A stretch of DNA of 64,000 bases, from contig DATDRP010000006.1 of the NCBI GenBank assembly GCA_035291665.1, forward strand, positions 145,255 through 209,254. Direction: 5' to 3'. A program made the translations under genes and the position numbers. Of this stretch, positions 50,525 through 60,655 are shown one piece after another. The DNA is from Patescibacteria group bacterium. Its GTDB lineage: Bacteria; Patescibacteriota; Microgenomatia; UBA8517. The notes below the pieces were generated by a model. The model saw nothing but the letters and a program-made list of their open reading frames with translations, ran no database searches and had not been told where the DNA came from. Within the stretch, counting starts at the first letter, position 1; each line of letters starts with the position of its first letter.

Positions 50525-50800
50525 TCAACTTGTTATGTTTTTTTGAACCCGTAGGATTTTTTTGCGGGTAATAATAATGTTGGTAAGAACTATTGCTGAG
50601 TAAACTACTCCGGAAATGCAGACTTTTACTATGTTTGCATGTGTTGTTATTGTCAGGAGAGCACCGCTTGCAAGAGTAGCCAAAAAAGCAATCCCGGTAA
50701 CAAAAACCTTTCTATTTGATGGTGTTATCGATGTGTAAAACGAATACAAAACACTGGTCAATGCCAAAAAGATATGAATGATTAACATGCACCAAAACAA
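50525..50800 (-). CDS. Small hypothetical membrane protein
   Basis: Three predicted TM segments; no motif. Confidence 0.3.
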   Translation of the reverse strand: MFWCMLIIHIFLALTSVLYSFYTSITPSNRKVFVTGIAFLATLASGALLTITTHANIVKVCISGVVYSAIVLTNIIITRKKILRVQKNITS

Positions 50801-50874
50801 ACCTTCAGATTAACGTTATATATTCTATCATTTTTCTTATATTTCGATACAATATATCTACATTTTTAACTCAT

Positions 50875-51258
50875 ATGCAAACAGGATCTGAACTTTGTAA
50901 AATATGCCCTATTAATGAGAGCTGCAGTTCAGATCTTAACCCTGAAAGTGCAACAAAAAGGAGGCTTGTCATTAATAATCCCTGGAACTGCCGGCATCTG
51001 ACGTGTCCTGCAGGCGTTGAAGAAGCCAAAAAGGAAAAGTCGCGTTTAAGATCTAAAAATATATTTTTTGGTTATGCCTACTTTTCGTCAAAGGACAAAC
51101 CAAGTGTCAGAAGATTTGATATGAAGTTGGGTATTATCGAATCATTTCAGGATGGACAGTGGCATTCAACAGGTCAGTCAATCTATAAAAATTATATTGT
51201 TGATAGAAAAAACTATCCATATAAAAGAATCAGGAATTTCAGTGTGAAGAAAACTTAA
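50875..51258 (+). CDS. Cys-rich hypothetical protein
   Basis: N-terminal CKICPINESC...NCRHLTCP possible zinc-binding cluster. Confidence 0.35.
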   Translation: MQTGSELCKICPINESCSSDLNPESATKRRLVINNPWNCRHLTCPAGVEEAKKEKSRLRSKNIFFGYAYFSSKDKPSVRRFDMKLGIIESFQDGQWHSTGQSIYKNYIVDRKNYPYKRIRNFSVKKT

Positions 51259-51325
51259 AACTAAATACCCACTTCCCACAACTCATTTCCTATTTCTTTC
51301 CCCTTTTCTCTATTAGCTAATTTTT
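51259..51325 (+). repeat. Pyrimidine-rich intergenic repeat copy E
   Basis: Modules CACTTCCCACAACTCATTTCC and CCTTTTCTCTATTAGC shared with copies at 53787-54045 and 59598-59825. Confidence 0.6.
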
Positions 51326-51776
51326 AATCCCTGACTTTTGTCTTTTCTATATCTTCTTCGCTCATGCCGAAATGGTGGGCGATTTCGTGAATAACGGTAT
51401 TTTTGATATTAACAACTGCGTTTTCATAACTATTAGAAATCCGAAGAAGGGGAATTTTAAAGATTGTGATCTTATCAGGGAGCGGTCCGCCGATGCCATA
51501 GTTTCTTCTTTTTGTCTGGGGTATTCCTTCATACAAACCAAGAAGTAATCCTCTGCCTTGGTTTCTCCCGACAAGGTTCATTTGCGATACCGTCGGCCAG
51601 TCAGCAATTACAATTGCCACATTTTCCATTTTGTCTTTGAACTCCTGAGGAAGTTCTTTCAGCGCCTGATCGATAATTTTCCCAAACTCCTGATCATCCA
51701 TGAAGGAAATTATATTTAATCCCAAGCTTAACGGCAAGGAAGGTTCATCGCTGAAGACCAATTCGGCGGCTTTCAT
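51324..51776 (-). CDS. Zincin-like metallopeptidase (HExxH) of unknown specificity
   Basis: VIHEIAHHFGM motif near the C-terminus; about 150 aa. Confidence 0.5.
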   Translation of the reverse strand: MKAAELVFSDEPSLPLSLGLNIISFMDDQEFGKIIDQALKELPQEFKDKMENVAIVIADWPTVSQMNLVGRNQGRGLLLGLYEGIPQTKRRNYGIGGPLPDKITIFKIPLLRISNSYENAVVNIKNTVIHEIAHHFGMSEEDIEKTKVRD

Positions 51777-51826
51777 AAATTTCCTATATTTGATTCTGCG
51801 AAGGAGGTTGTGGATAATGAAGTATT

Positions 51827-53065
51827 ATGGACGAAGCCGGGGATAACATTACTGGAAGTCATATCTCAAGAAGAGATTTTTTGAATATGGGAGTATTGGG
51901 TTTGGCATCAATTGCTACTGGTAAAAAATTGGTGAATACCATTAATTATCTCGCTGACGCATTAGGTGATAAAGTTGAAGAATCGGGAATTAATAACAAG
52001 CTCCATGAAGTTTTGAAAATTGTTCAGGAAAATTCAAAGATGATTGTTAATTTTTCTGACAAATATGGTATCCCACCGGAAGTTTTGGCGACAGTTGTGT
52101 CTATGGAACATTTGATTATTTTAACCGGTAAAACGAAAAAAGATGGATATGCGATAGGTATTTCGGAATCAGATTCCATAAAAGGATTTACTGATTTAAT
52201 CGAGAAAGAAATTCACCCCGATAAAGCCAATATAGGATTGTGTCAAGTAAATCTTCAGGATGCAATCAATTTTGAAGACCGATTGGTTGGAAAAGATGCG
52301 TTTCCTGATGCGGATAAGCAAAAAAGAGAACAAACGACTTATGAGAGGCTGGAATCTCCTTGGTGGAACATGGTGTATTTTTCAGAAATGCTTAAAAAAG
52401 AGGCCGCTGATACCGGAAAAACTATTACAGACAAACAAGCAGCAACCCAGTTTATCAGAGAAAAATACAATGACGACTCTCATAAGTTAAAAATATTTAA
52501 TGAACTACTGGATGTATATTCAAACTTTTTTCAGGATAAGAAACCGGATGAAAAATTTAAGAGGTGTTCACTCGAAGAAGCGATAAGTGTTTGGAATGAA
52601 TACCCAGAGTATTCACATTTATTCCGAAGTGTTTGGCCTGTTGAATACTTTGTAGTTCATCATACTGCAGGTAAATATCACACTGAGTCGATAATCACAG
52701 CGGAACACATTGCCAAAGGTTTTGGTGACATTGGTTATAACGGAATTATCGGGAATGGCGAACTTACAAGCGACGGTAAATTTTATCCTGGGAGAAGTAC
52801 AAAAAAAGAAGGTGCGCATACTTTGAGCTACAACAAAAAGTCCATCGGTGTTGCTTTGGTCGGGGATTTCAATATAACTGAACCCACAACGCTACAACTG
52901 GATTCATTAAGGAAAGCCATTATTGCCAGTTCTGCAATTTATGAGATTGATCCTTTCAAAGTAGTTGGCCACAGAGAACTAAATGATACGCAGTGTCCGG
53001 GAAATAATTTTACAACTGATAAATTCAAAAGACCGGTAGATGTGGCCGCAGGGAAAATAGTATAG
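51827..53065 (+). CDS. N-acetylmuramoyl-L-alanine amidase (Amidase_2/PGRP domain) with Tat-like signal
   Basis: Twin-arginine-like SRRDFLNMGVLGLASIATG; C-terminal PGRP/amidase_2 motifs VVHHTAG ... GYNGIIG ... GAHTLSYN ... VVGHRELNDTQCPG. Confidence 0.75.
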   Translation: MDEAGDNITGSHISRRDFLNMGVLGLASIATGKKLVNTINYLADALGDKVEESGINNKLHEVLKIVQENSKMIVNFSDKYGIPPEVLATVVSMEHLIILTGKTKKDGYAIGISESDSIKGFTDLIEKEIHPDKANIGLCQVNLQDAINFEDRLVGKDAFPDADKQKREQTTYERLESPWWNMVYFSEMLKKEAADTGKTITDKQAATQFIREKYNDDSHKLKIFNELLDVYSNFFQDKKPDEKFKRCSLEEAISVWNEYPEYSHLFRSVWPVEYFVVHHTAGKYHTESIITAEHIAKGFGDIGYNGIIGNGELTSDGKFYPGRSTKKEGAHTLSYNKKSIGVALVGDFNITEPTTLQLDSLRKAIIASSAIYEIDPFKVVGHRELNDTQCPGNNFTTDKFKRPVDVAAGKIV

Positions 53066-53200
53066 AAAAACTTAACTCCAAATAACTTAATTTCTATTTT
53101 TCCCTTTCCCACTACTCACATCCCACTTCCCATCACCTACCCCCTACAACCTATCTCCTACCGCTTACAATCCACTTTTTATCTCCATTCATCTATATTT
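53062..53200 (+). repeat. Pyrimidine-rich intergenic repeat copy F
   Basis: Contains TTCCCACTACTCACATCCCAC (53106-53126), which matches the reverse complement of 713-733 exactly. Confidence 0.65.
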
Positions 53201-53205
53201 GTAGC

Positions 53206-53236
53206 TTTCGGATGGCGTACAATACCAGCATTATGC
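53206..53236 (+). promoter_or_regulatory. Duplicated leader/promoter unit copy 1 (TTTCGGATGGCGTACAATACCAGCATTATGC) with TACAAT -10-like box
   Basis: Near-identical unit recurs at 53517-53547 in front of the next small gene. Confidence 0.45.
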
Positions 53237-53526
53237 AGGAAAATGAAAAACCATCAATTTGTCAACGGAACTTTATGCTGGATTGCAAGCCCGGCTGTCC
53301 TCTTTATGCTTATTCCAAGAATTCCGTTCAAACTTTGGCGGATCAACACGGAGTGACTTTTGATGAAGCAATAAAAAAGATCCGAAGTATGCGCTTTGAT
53401 CAACAAGTGCAGATTCTGGCTTTAATAAAGGGTGGTTTACAATCCGTAAAAGAGAAGAGGGGGATTGTTTTGGAATGCGATAATGAGAAAAATGGGTTAA
53501 TTTCGGACCATTTTGGTTTCGGATAG
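53233..53526 (+). CDS. Small hypothetical protein (97 aa from the conserved ATG; ORF track start 53212)
   Basis: The ATG at 53233 is the one conserved between the duplicated leaders; protein has a Cys-rich N-terminus CQRNFMLDCKPGC. Confidence 0.35.
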   Translation: MQENEKPSICQRNFMLDCKPGCPLYAYSKNSVQTLADQHGVTFDEAIKKIRSMRFDQQVQILALIKGGLQSVKEKRGIVLECDNEKNGLISDHFGFG

Positions 53527-53547
53527 CGTACAATACCATCATCATGC
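53517..53547 (+). promoter_or_regulatory. Duplicated leader/promoter unit copy 2 (TTTCGGATAGCGTACAATACCATCATCATGC)
   Basis: 27/31 identity to copy 1; overlaps the stop codon of the upstream small gene. Confidence 0.45.
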
Positions 53548-53786
53548 CGGAAAAGTGGTTTCGAAGGGTAGAAAATTTGGCAATTATTCCAGTAATAGGT
53601 GGTGATTTACCGGGTATGTATAGGGAGTTTCCACCTGAACTTCATGATGCTTTTGAGGAAGGTAAAAAAGCACTGGTTCCCGGTGAACAGTCTTATATAT
53701 CTATGAGGGGTCCTGTAAAGTATGGTGGTTTTGAAAGCAAAGTATTCATCGTTTCGAAGATCACTCTCGTAAAAGTTGCAGGGTGA
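53544..53786 (+). CDS. Small hypothetical protein (80 aa)
   Basis: ORF starting at the ATG embedded in the duplicated leader; no motif. Confidence 0.35.
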   Translation: MPEKWFRRVENLAIIPVIGGDLPGMYREFPPELHDAFEEGKKALVPGEQSYISMRGPVKYGGFESKVFIVSKITLVKVAG

Positions 53787-54045
53787 GAAACTACTAAAAA
53801 CTTAAAACTGAATACTAAATACTCACAACTCACTTCCCACATCTCACTTCCCATTTCTTTTCGCTTTTCTCTATTCTCTTAATTCCTTAATTCCTATATT
53901 CCTAATTTCTTATCTTCATTTCCCACAACTCACTTCTCACTACTCATTTCCTACTTCCTACCTCCTACAACCTATAACCATTGCCCCTCTCATTTCTCAC
54001 ATCCCACATCCCATCTCTTACAACCTACCGATCAGTGTTAATATA
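53787..54045 (+). repeat. Pyrimidine-rich intergenic repeat copy G (longest, multi-module)
   Basis: 53850-53906 is about 88 percent identical to 59612-59668; terminal module TACCTCCTACAACCTATAACCATT is shared with 59790-59815. Confidence 0.7.
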
Positions 54046-54056
54046 CCAATATAAGT

Positions 54057-55028
54057 ATGAAGAAAATAATTGCCGCTATTTTACTATTATTAACAGCCGC
54101 ATTTGTGTTTTTCGGTTGGCAATATTTTGCTCCGGTTGGTTCATCCGAAGATCTTGTGGTTTTTGTCGTTCCGGAAAAAATGCCGGATTTTAATGTACCC
54201 GAAGAACTGTATAAGCAAAAATATATTAAAAGTTCCAAGGCCTTCCGGTTCCTTCTTGAAAATTTTGCACCGGGAGTAGAGATAAAACCCGGCGGATATA
54301 AAATAAGTCAAAACATGAATGCTTGGCAGGTTATGAAAAAGATTACAGGACAAGAGGATTTGAAATGGGTAACAATTTCTTATTGCCCCCGGAAAGAACA
54401 GGTTGGCGAGAAGCTTGCAGAAGTCTTGGGGTGGAACGACCTGAATCTAAGTGATTGGAATTCGCTCTATAAAAATACCAAACAGGAGTATTTTGAAGGA
54501 GTCTATTATCCGGATACATATCTGATTCCGGTTGACGAATCCCCATCACAAGTTGCCGGAAGATTTATAAACCGTTTCAATGAAAAGTTCGCACCTTTAT
54601 CGGAAAAGTTTATAGAAAAAAATATCAAATGGACGACAGGTCTCAAGATTGCCTCACTTATAGCCCGCGAAGCAGGAGGAACAGAGGATATGAATATAAT
54701 ATCTGCCGTAATCTGGAACCGTTTGGACGGGGGAATGCCGCTTCAGATTGATGCAACGATGCAATACACTCTCGGAAAAAATGAGGATGGCAGCTGGTGG
54801 GGAAATATTGATCTTTCAGAAAAAGATAAAGACTCGCCCTATAATAGCTATATGTATAAAGGACTTCCTCCCACTCCTATTTGCAGTCCGAATGTTAGTG
54901 CCATTGAAGCTGTTATTAACCCCGAAGAAACCGATTGTCTATTTTATCTGCATGACAAGAATAAAAATATTCATTGCGCGGTTTCCTACAAAGACCATCT
55001 GAAGAATATCCAAAAATATTTGAAGTAA
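54057..55028 (+). CDS. mltG: Endolytic murein transglycosylase MltG (YceG-like)
   Basis: N-terminal TM; C-terminal GLPPTPICSPNVSAIEAVINPEETDCLFYL matches the conserved YceG end. Confidence 0.7.
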   Translation: MKKIIAAILLLLTAAFVFFGWQYFAPVGSSEDLVVFVVPEKMPDFNVPEELYKQKYIKSSKAFRFLLENFAPGVEIKPGGYKISQNMNAWQVMKKITGQEDLKWVTISYCPRKEQVGEKLAEVLGWNDLNLSDWNSLYKNTKQEYFEGVYYPDTYLIPVDESPSQVAGRFINRFNEKFAPLSEKFIEKNIKWTTGLKIASLIAREAGGTEDMNIISAVIWNRLDGGMPLQIDATMQYTLGKNEDGSWWGNIDLSEKDKDSPYNSYMYKGLPPTPICSPNVSAIEAVINPEETDCLFYLHDKNKNIHCAVSYKDHLKNIQKYLK

Positions 55029-55166
55029 ACATTAAAAATATACTATAAGAATATTCAGGAAAAGCCATCGAGTCTAATTGGATCTACCTCGACATCCAAG
55101 CTTGACTTGACTCGGGGGGGGATGTCATAGTCATTGACTTATGGGATAGTTTGATGCAATAATCAC

Positions 55167-58100
55167 TTGAGAATGCGGACGTTTTCAAGAAAGCTATCAT
55201 ATCTTCTTTGTTTTACTCTTCTTTTTTACCAACTCTCCCTTTTTTTATTCAACGATGCAAAAACCGCACAAGCAACTACGGCATCATATCAAGTGTCAAC
55301 TTCTACTGATGATGTAAACGAAGACGGCGGGACAATGAATTCAACAAGTACCAGTATTTGGGTGGGAACGGGCGGATCCACAAGCCAAAGTTACACCGGT
55401 TTCCGATTTACCAACGTAAGTATTCCCCAAGGATCAACTATTACATCTGCTTATATAGAGCTTTGGTCTATCCAAGATTCATGGATTGATACCGGTTATC
55501 AAATCGGGGCAGAAAATGTCGGCAATAGTACAACTTTCACAAGTACAACAAAGCCGTCACAACGGGCTCTGACAACCGCCGTGGTCAACTATTCATCAAG
55601 CTCCCATTGGTTAATCAACACTTGGTATCAGGATGCAAACATACCCTCAGTTATTCAGGAAGTTGTTAACCGTACTGATTGGACAAGCGGTAATGCGTTG
55701 TCGATTATTTACAAGGGAACTTCCGCAGCATGGGGTAGAAAGTATGCATCAAGCTATAACGGGAACCCATCCTATGCTCCGCGTTTAGTTGTTGCATTTG
55801 AAGCCGCAACCACGCCTAGTCCGACGCCGCCGCCGACGCCCACTCCCACTGAAACTCCGACTCCTACACCAACAGAAACACCAACTCCTACTCCTACCGA
55901 ATCTCTAACTCCGACTCCCACGGAAATCCCCACTCCCACTCCGACCGAGACGCCAACGCCAATGCCTACCCCAACAGCCTCGGTTACCCCGACACCTCAG
56001 CCACCTTCGGAATGGACGCAGCTCGGACATGACGCACAGCATTCATCGTACACGGAACAATTTGTCCCAACCCCATGGAAGTGGAAATGGTCATGGAACG
56101 GACCCGACGCAGCAGGAAATGTACGTGCGGATAAACTGAATTATCCCGGAAGCAGTGATTTTACAACTCCGGGTATCCCTCGGAATATTCAACCGGTGAC
56201 CGGTGGGGGTAAAGTATATATTGCTGCCGGAAATTTCGGTGTTTACGCCCTTAATGAGGAAGACGTAAATACTGACAGTTTTGCAGATGTTTTGTGGAAC
56301 GTAAATCCGGTTGCTGGTGGTGGAGTTAAGTCAACTCCCGCATACGATAGCGAAACTGGAGCATTATTTGTTCTTGGAACAAATGGCGTTGTTTACAAAT
56401 TGGATACCCTTAACAGCGGGATCGTGATTGGAGAATTTAATACAAATCAAAGTTATGCACCATATACAACAAGTGCTGACCGATACAATCGGGTAGCGTT
56501 GCCGACATCCCCCACACTTTCGGGAAACCGGTTATTTGTATCGATGGGACAGAAAGTTTTTGCACTGGACAAAAACAATCTTAGTAATCTTATATGGGAG
56601 TACGATGCGGGAGCAGAAGTTTATACACCGCCTGCATACTCAACTGTCAGGGATATGGTCTTTGTTGCATCTCAGGATTTGACACCCGGTCCGGATGGAA
56701 AACTTCATATTTATACGCATGCAATATCAAATTCTAATGGACTGGAATTGTGGAAGACTAGCATCACTAATATCACCGGTGTTGAAGCGGGAGACCCCAA
56801 CCCGCCTCCAAATTACACCAGCCAGGTAAGAGCGGAAGTACTTAACGGTTGGCCGGTTATTGCTGAAGAACATGGTCTGGTTTTTATCAAATTAAGACTT
56901 AATTGGAATACGATGTGGACTTGGAGTCCCTGGTCAACGAGCAATGAGACGAACCGGACGAGGCTTCTTTCCAATCCAACACAACAAGCTCTGATTGCTC
57001 TTTCAATGGATAGCGGGAGCCAACCGTTTGTTGTCAATATCGGTCACGGAGGCTATGGAGATGGATTCATCCCGATGGGACCCCAACCGGTTGTAAAGAG
57101 GTTTGCCGATGGGAGTGAAGTTGTCTATACGATGGTAAGGGGAGACAGTCAATCCGGTGTTGACGGTCGTTCGGATACCCACTTTGGGGAGTTGGTTTTG
57201 GATTCAACAACAGCAACCGGATTTGAACCGGGCTATGTCAGATGGATTGAATACGGTAATTATGGTTGGCCGGCAAATTCAAATAATGATACTCCGCCGA
57301 CAGATGAGCAGCCGAATGTATCAATGTCAGGAAACTATCTTTTCGGAGGCCACTGGGCTGTTGGGAATGCGATGGAAATCGTTGATAGGAATGCAAATTT
57401 GGGAGGCTATTCAAACCCCATCACAACAGAACCGATTCCGAATATCGCTTTAATGACAAATTCGTCAACTGTTCCGGAAGGATTTGACTCTTCACACTAT
57501 GTTTCACACAATTTTGGCATGGCAACGAATGGGGAATGGAGGGCGTTGCCTCCCGGATTTTACGTATATTGGAATCAAGGGCATCTTTATGATCAATACT
57601 GGAGCGACTACTCTACCTGGACAGTTAGTAATAATACCGTTTACTATTTGACGAATGATGGTGCACTTGTTGCTTTAGATCACAATAGTGGCAGTCCTAC
57701 ACCTACACCAACACCCAGTCCAACTGCCACGCCTACTCCCACTGAAACTCCGACTCCGATACCGACCGAGATACCAACACCTACGCCAACTGAGATTCCT
57801 ACCCCGACACCGACTGACATTCCGGCTCCGACTCCAACAGAAATACCTACTCCGACACCTACGGATTCTCCCACTCCAACGCCGACTGATACGCCCACTC
57901 CCACGGACACACCCACTCCGACACCTCCGCTAGTGATTAATATGGCTGTCATGAGCGACAGCTCTTCTGATGAGTATCGTGCAGACGACAATCGTGCCGG
58001 AGGAACTCAATGGGAGTTAACAACGCTGGCCTGGACCGAGTTATTGGAAAAATATCGCGGATTTAATTTGGGGTCTTGGGGAACGCGTGGGGAGCCAAGA

Positions 58101-59597
58101 CGGACCGGTTATGAATACAATTGGGCAAGGACAGGTGCCGAAGCAGCAGATGTAGTTTTTGCCGGCCAACATACAGGCGTTGCTTCCCAGGCACAGTCGG
58201 GTTTAGTCAATATTGTTTATTTCCAGATAGGAAACAACGATTTTGCATATTACCGAGACGGTGCAGATATATATAACGGTGCTCTTTCAGGACAGGCTTT
58301 AACCGATAAAATTAATGCAATAATTTCAAATATCTCAACTTCTCTCGATACTGTTTTGGATGCAGATCCAAACGTAAAGGTAATTCTTGGAAATATTGCA
58401 GATCCTGGACTATCACCTTATTGGGCAGCACAATTCCCTGATCCGGTAAAAAGGCAGTTGGTTACCGATGCAATAAACCAAACTAATGCGGGTATAACAA
58501 ACCTGCTTCTTACCCGGAGCAGAGTTACTTTATTTGATCAAATGGCTTTTGCAAACGAGCTTATGTCTAAGGTTGTTAATGGTAATTTGGTGATAGGCGG
58601 AGAAAATATCAGCTTAACTCAAAATGGCGATGAACCCCACCATGCAATTTTGGGAGATAATATCCATGGCGGGACAGTAATGGAAGGCTTAGTTGCCAAC
58701 GGTTTGATTCCTCTGGTAAATCAGACAACCGGATCGCAGATTCAATTATTTTCTGAAACCGAAATTTTGAATAATTCTGGTATCTTTCCCAGTCCGACTC
58801 CGACTCCCACGGTGATTCCTACTCCGACACCTACTCCGGTGTTTGAAACTCACTATATATCGGTAAATCCGGACGGAGTTATCGGAGGGGTAGCTGTTGC
58901 CGGAGAAGATATTCTCAAATTCAATACCGTAACTGGTTTGTATGAAACATACTTCGACGGTTCGGATGTTGAGCTTTCGGGAACATCGATTGATGCGTTT
59001 ACCTTTCTTCCCGGAGGCGACATGATTCTGTCTTTTTCCGGAAGCGTTTCAATAACTGGGTTGGGGACAGTCGCTTCGCAGGACTTGGTCAGGTTTACTC
59101 CGCTTTCGACAGGTAATAGTACAAGCGGATCTTTTAGTTTATATTTTGACGGATCAGATGTTGCCTTAAGCAATTCGTCGGAAAATATAGATTCAGTATC
59201 GGTTTTGGAAAATGGGGATATTCTCTTATCAACAAATGGCAGTATTTCCGTAACCGGAGTTTCAGCAAACGATGAAGATATTATCGAATTTACTCCGACT
59301 TCACTCGGTCCGGCAACTTCGGGAAGCTGGTCACTTTATTTTGATGCATCTGATGTTGGATTATCAAGTACGAGCGAAGATATCGATGCTTTGAGTATCG
59401 CGTCATCGGGAGATTTTTATCTTTCAACAAGCGGCAGCTTCAGTGTTACGGGTGTCTCCGGTCAAAATAATGATGTCTTTATCTTTGATCCGTTAACTTT
59501 GGGAGGGGATTCGTCAGGAACTTTTTCCCAGCCGATTTATTTGGACGGAAGCGCTTTCGGATTATCGGGTTTCAACGTTACGGGATACTACAAATAA
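55167..59597 (+). CDS. Giant secreted multidomain surface protein (1476 aa): signal peptide, unknown N-domain, PT linker, PQQ-like beta-propeller, PT linker, SGNH/GDSL-like hydrolase, 4x about 62-aa C-terminal repeats
   Basis: Signal peptide; PT linkers at about aa 215-280 and 843-925; PQQ-like repeats ([24 protein letters not shown]); SGNH block III-like YFQIGNNDF; C-terminal repeats with consensus [30 protein letters not shown]. Confidence 0.8.
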   Translation: MRMRTFSRKLSYLLCFTLLFYQLSLFLFNDAKTAQATTASYQVSTSTDDVNEDGGTMNSTSTSIWVGTGGSTSQSYTGFRFTNVSIPQGSTITSAYIELWSIQDSWIDTGYQIGAENVGNSTTFTSTTKPSQRALTTAVVNYSSSSHWLINTWYQDANIPSVIQEVVNRTDWTSGNALSIIYKGTSAAWGRKYASSYNGNPSYAPRLVVAFEAATTPSPTPPPTPTPTETPTPTPTETPTPTPTESLTPTPTEIPTPTPTETPTPMPTPTASVTPTPQPPSEWTQLGHDAQHSSYTEQFVPTPWKWKWSWNGPDAAGNVRADKLNYPGSSDFTTPGIPRNIQPVTGGGKVYIAAGNFGVYALNEEDVNTDSFADVLWNVNPVAGGGVKSTPAYDSETGALFVLGTNGVVYKLDTLNSGIVIGEFNTNQSYAPYTTSADRYNRVALPTSPTLSGNRLFVSMGQKVFALDKNNLSNLIWEYDAGAEVYTPPAYSTVRDMVFVASQDLTPGPDGKLHIYTHAISNSNGLELWKTSITNITGVEAGDPNPPPNYTSQVRAEVLNGWPVIAEEHGLVFIKLRLNWNTMWTWSPWSTSNETNRTRLLSNPTQQALIALSMDSGSQPFVVNIGHGGYGDGFIPMGPQPVVKRFADGSEVVYTMVRGDSQSGVDGRSDTHFGELVLDSTTATGFEPGYVRWIEYGNYGWPANSNNDTPPTDEQPNVSMSGNYLFGGHWAVGNAMEIVDRNANLGGYSNPITTEPIPNIALMTNSSTVPEGFDSSHYVSHNFGMATNGEWRALPPGFYVYWNQGHLYDQYWSDYSTWTVSNNTVYYLTNDGALVALDHNSGSPTPTPTPSPTATPTPTETPTPIPTEIPTPTPTEIPTPTPTDIPAPTPTEIPTPTPTDSPTPTPTDTPTPTDTPTPTPPLVINMAVMSDSSSDEYRADDNRAGGTQWELTTLAWTELLEKYRGFNLGSWGTRGEPRRTGYEYNWARTGAEAADVVFAGQHTGVASQAQSGLVNIVYFQIGNNDFAYYRDGADIYNGALSGQALTDKINAIISNISTSLDTVLDADPNVKVILGNIADPGLSPYWAAQFPDPVKRQLVTDAINQTNAGITNLLLTRSRVTLFDQMAFANELMSKVVNGNLVIGGENISLTQNGDEPHHAILGDNIHGGTVMEGLVANGLIPLVNQTTGSQIQLFSETEILNNSGIFPSPTPTPTVIPTPTPTPVFETHYISVNPDGVIGGVAVAGEDILKFNTVTGLYETYFDGSDVELSGTSIDAFTFLPGGDMILSFSGSVSITGLGTVASQDLVRFTPLSTGNSTSGSFSLYFDGSDVALSNSSENIDSVSVLENGDILLSTNGSISVTGVSANDEDIIEFTPTSLGPATSGSWSLYFDASDVGLSSTSEDIDALSIASSGDFYLSTSGSFSVTGVSGQNNDVFIFDPLTLGGDSSGTFSQPIYLDGSAFGLSGFNVTGYYK

Positions 59598-59825
59598 CTT
59601 ACAACTCATTTCCCATTTATTTTCCCTTTTCTCTAGTCTCTTAGTTCCTTAATTCCTATATTCCTAATATCCTACCCCCTATCTCTAATAACCAATTATC
59701 AAATTCCAAATACCAAACAATAAATTTCTAATATCTAATTTCCAATAAATTTTCTCTTAGTTCCTTAATTCCTTTATTCCTGATATCCTACCTCCTATAA
59801 CCTGCAACCTATAACCATTATACCC
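59598..59825 (+). repeat. Pyrimidine-rich intergenic repeat copy H
   Basis: Shares the about 57-nt core with G and the terminal CCTACAACCTATAACCATT module; contains an internal duplication of TTAGTTCCTTAATTCCT. Confidence 0.7.
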
Positions 59826-60551
59826 TCACATTCTGTAGCTTAACGCTGAAGTGTTGGCTTTTGTGATATTAACACTTAGGATTTCACCATCATAATTGAA
59901 TACGAATGAAACACGAGCATCAAGATTGTTTGTGATGTATAGATTTTGTCTTGCACTTTTATCAAATCCGCCGGGAAGATAAAAAATTGAAACTCCGTAT
60001 TCCTTCGGAACTTCATTAATAACAGCAAAATTGTGATTTGAAGGATCATATGCAGTCAGTCCTGCATCTTTTGCCGCCCAGTATAAAATTGATGCCAAAT
60101 GGCAGACACCGTCTCCCATAAGATAACCATCGGACTTGAACCCATCCTGATAGTTGAAGCGGGCATTAGTCGTTTTAACTACATTTTTATTAAACTTATC
60201 CAGTATCTGGCTATGAAAAGCAAAGCTTTCTCCCGGGTTCAAATCAAACTTATAGTCCCTGGGTTTTTCAATATTCTCCCAGACGATTTCTGATTTATTT
60301 TTAACTGTCCCGTCCATATAGTTTAAAGTCAGAAGGATATTATCTTTGAATACATCATTTACAAATTTATTGGGATATCTCTCCTCCAAAGATATGGATT
60401 TTGAAGAAAGGGTAGAGTATCCTTCTTCTTCTACGGAATTATTATTTGCCACATTGACCACCTCCGCCGGGGACGACGGGAATAAAATTATCAGTAATAT
60501 AAAAAGATAAAGTAATTTTTTATACATAGGACTCACTTTTTTTTCAGACAT
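59826..60551 (-). CDS. VanW-family protein
   Basis: N-terminal TM; GDGVCHLASILYWAA matches the VanW GxGVCQxSTTLYNA signature. Confidence 0.55.
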   Translation of the reverse strand: MSEKKVSPMYKKLLYLFILLIILFPSSPAEVVNVANNNSVEEEGYSTLSSKSISLEERYPNKFVNDVFKDNILLTLNYMDGTVKNKSEIVWENIEKPRDYKFDLNPGESFAFHSQILDKFNKNVVKTTNARFNYQDGFKSDGYLMGDGVCHLASILYWAAKDAGLTAYDPSNHNFAVINEVPKEYGVSIFYLPGGFDKSARQNLYITNNLDARVSFVFNYDGEILSVNITKANTSALSYRM

Positions 60552-60655
60552 AAAAAAAGTTCCCGAACGGGAACTATAGTGTGTATATTACCACATTATA
60601 GGTCTTTTTTCAACCTAACTGATGAAAATATGTTTATTTTTTGATAGTCTGAAAT

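Noticed and set aside
53787-54045. Possible CRISPR array, given the many short CT-rich direct repeats
   Set aside because: The repeats are irregular in length and spacing with no unique spacers and no cas genes, so they are better described as a low-complexity modular repeat element
57680-57991. Antisense ORF encoding GVGVSVGV repeats, and the + frame ORF at 57688-57933
   Set aside because: Both are translation artefacts of the (ACNCCN)n Pro/Thr-linker DNA inside the 1476-aa gene
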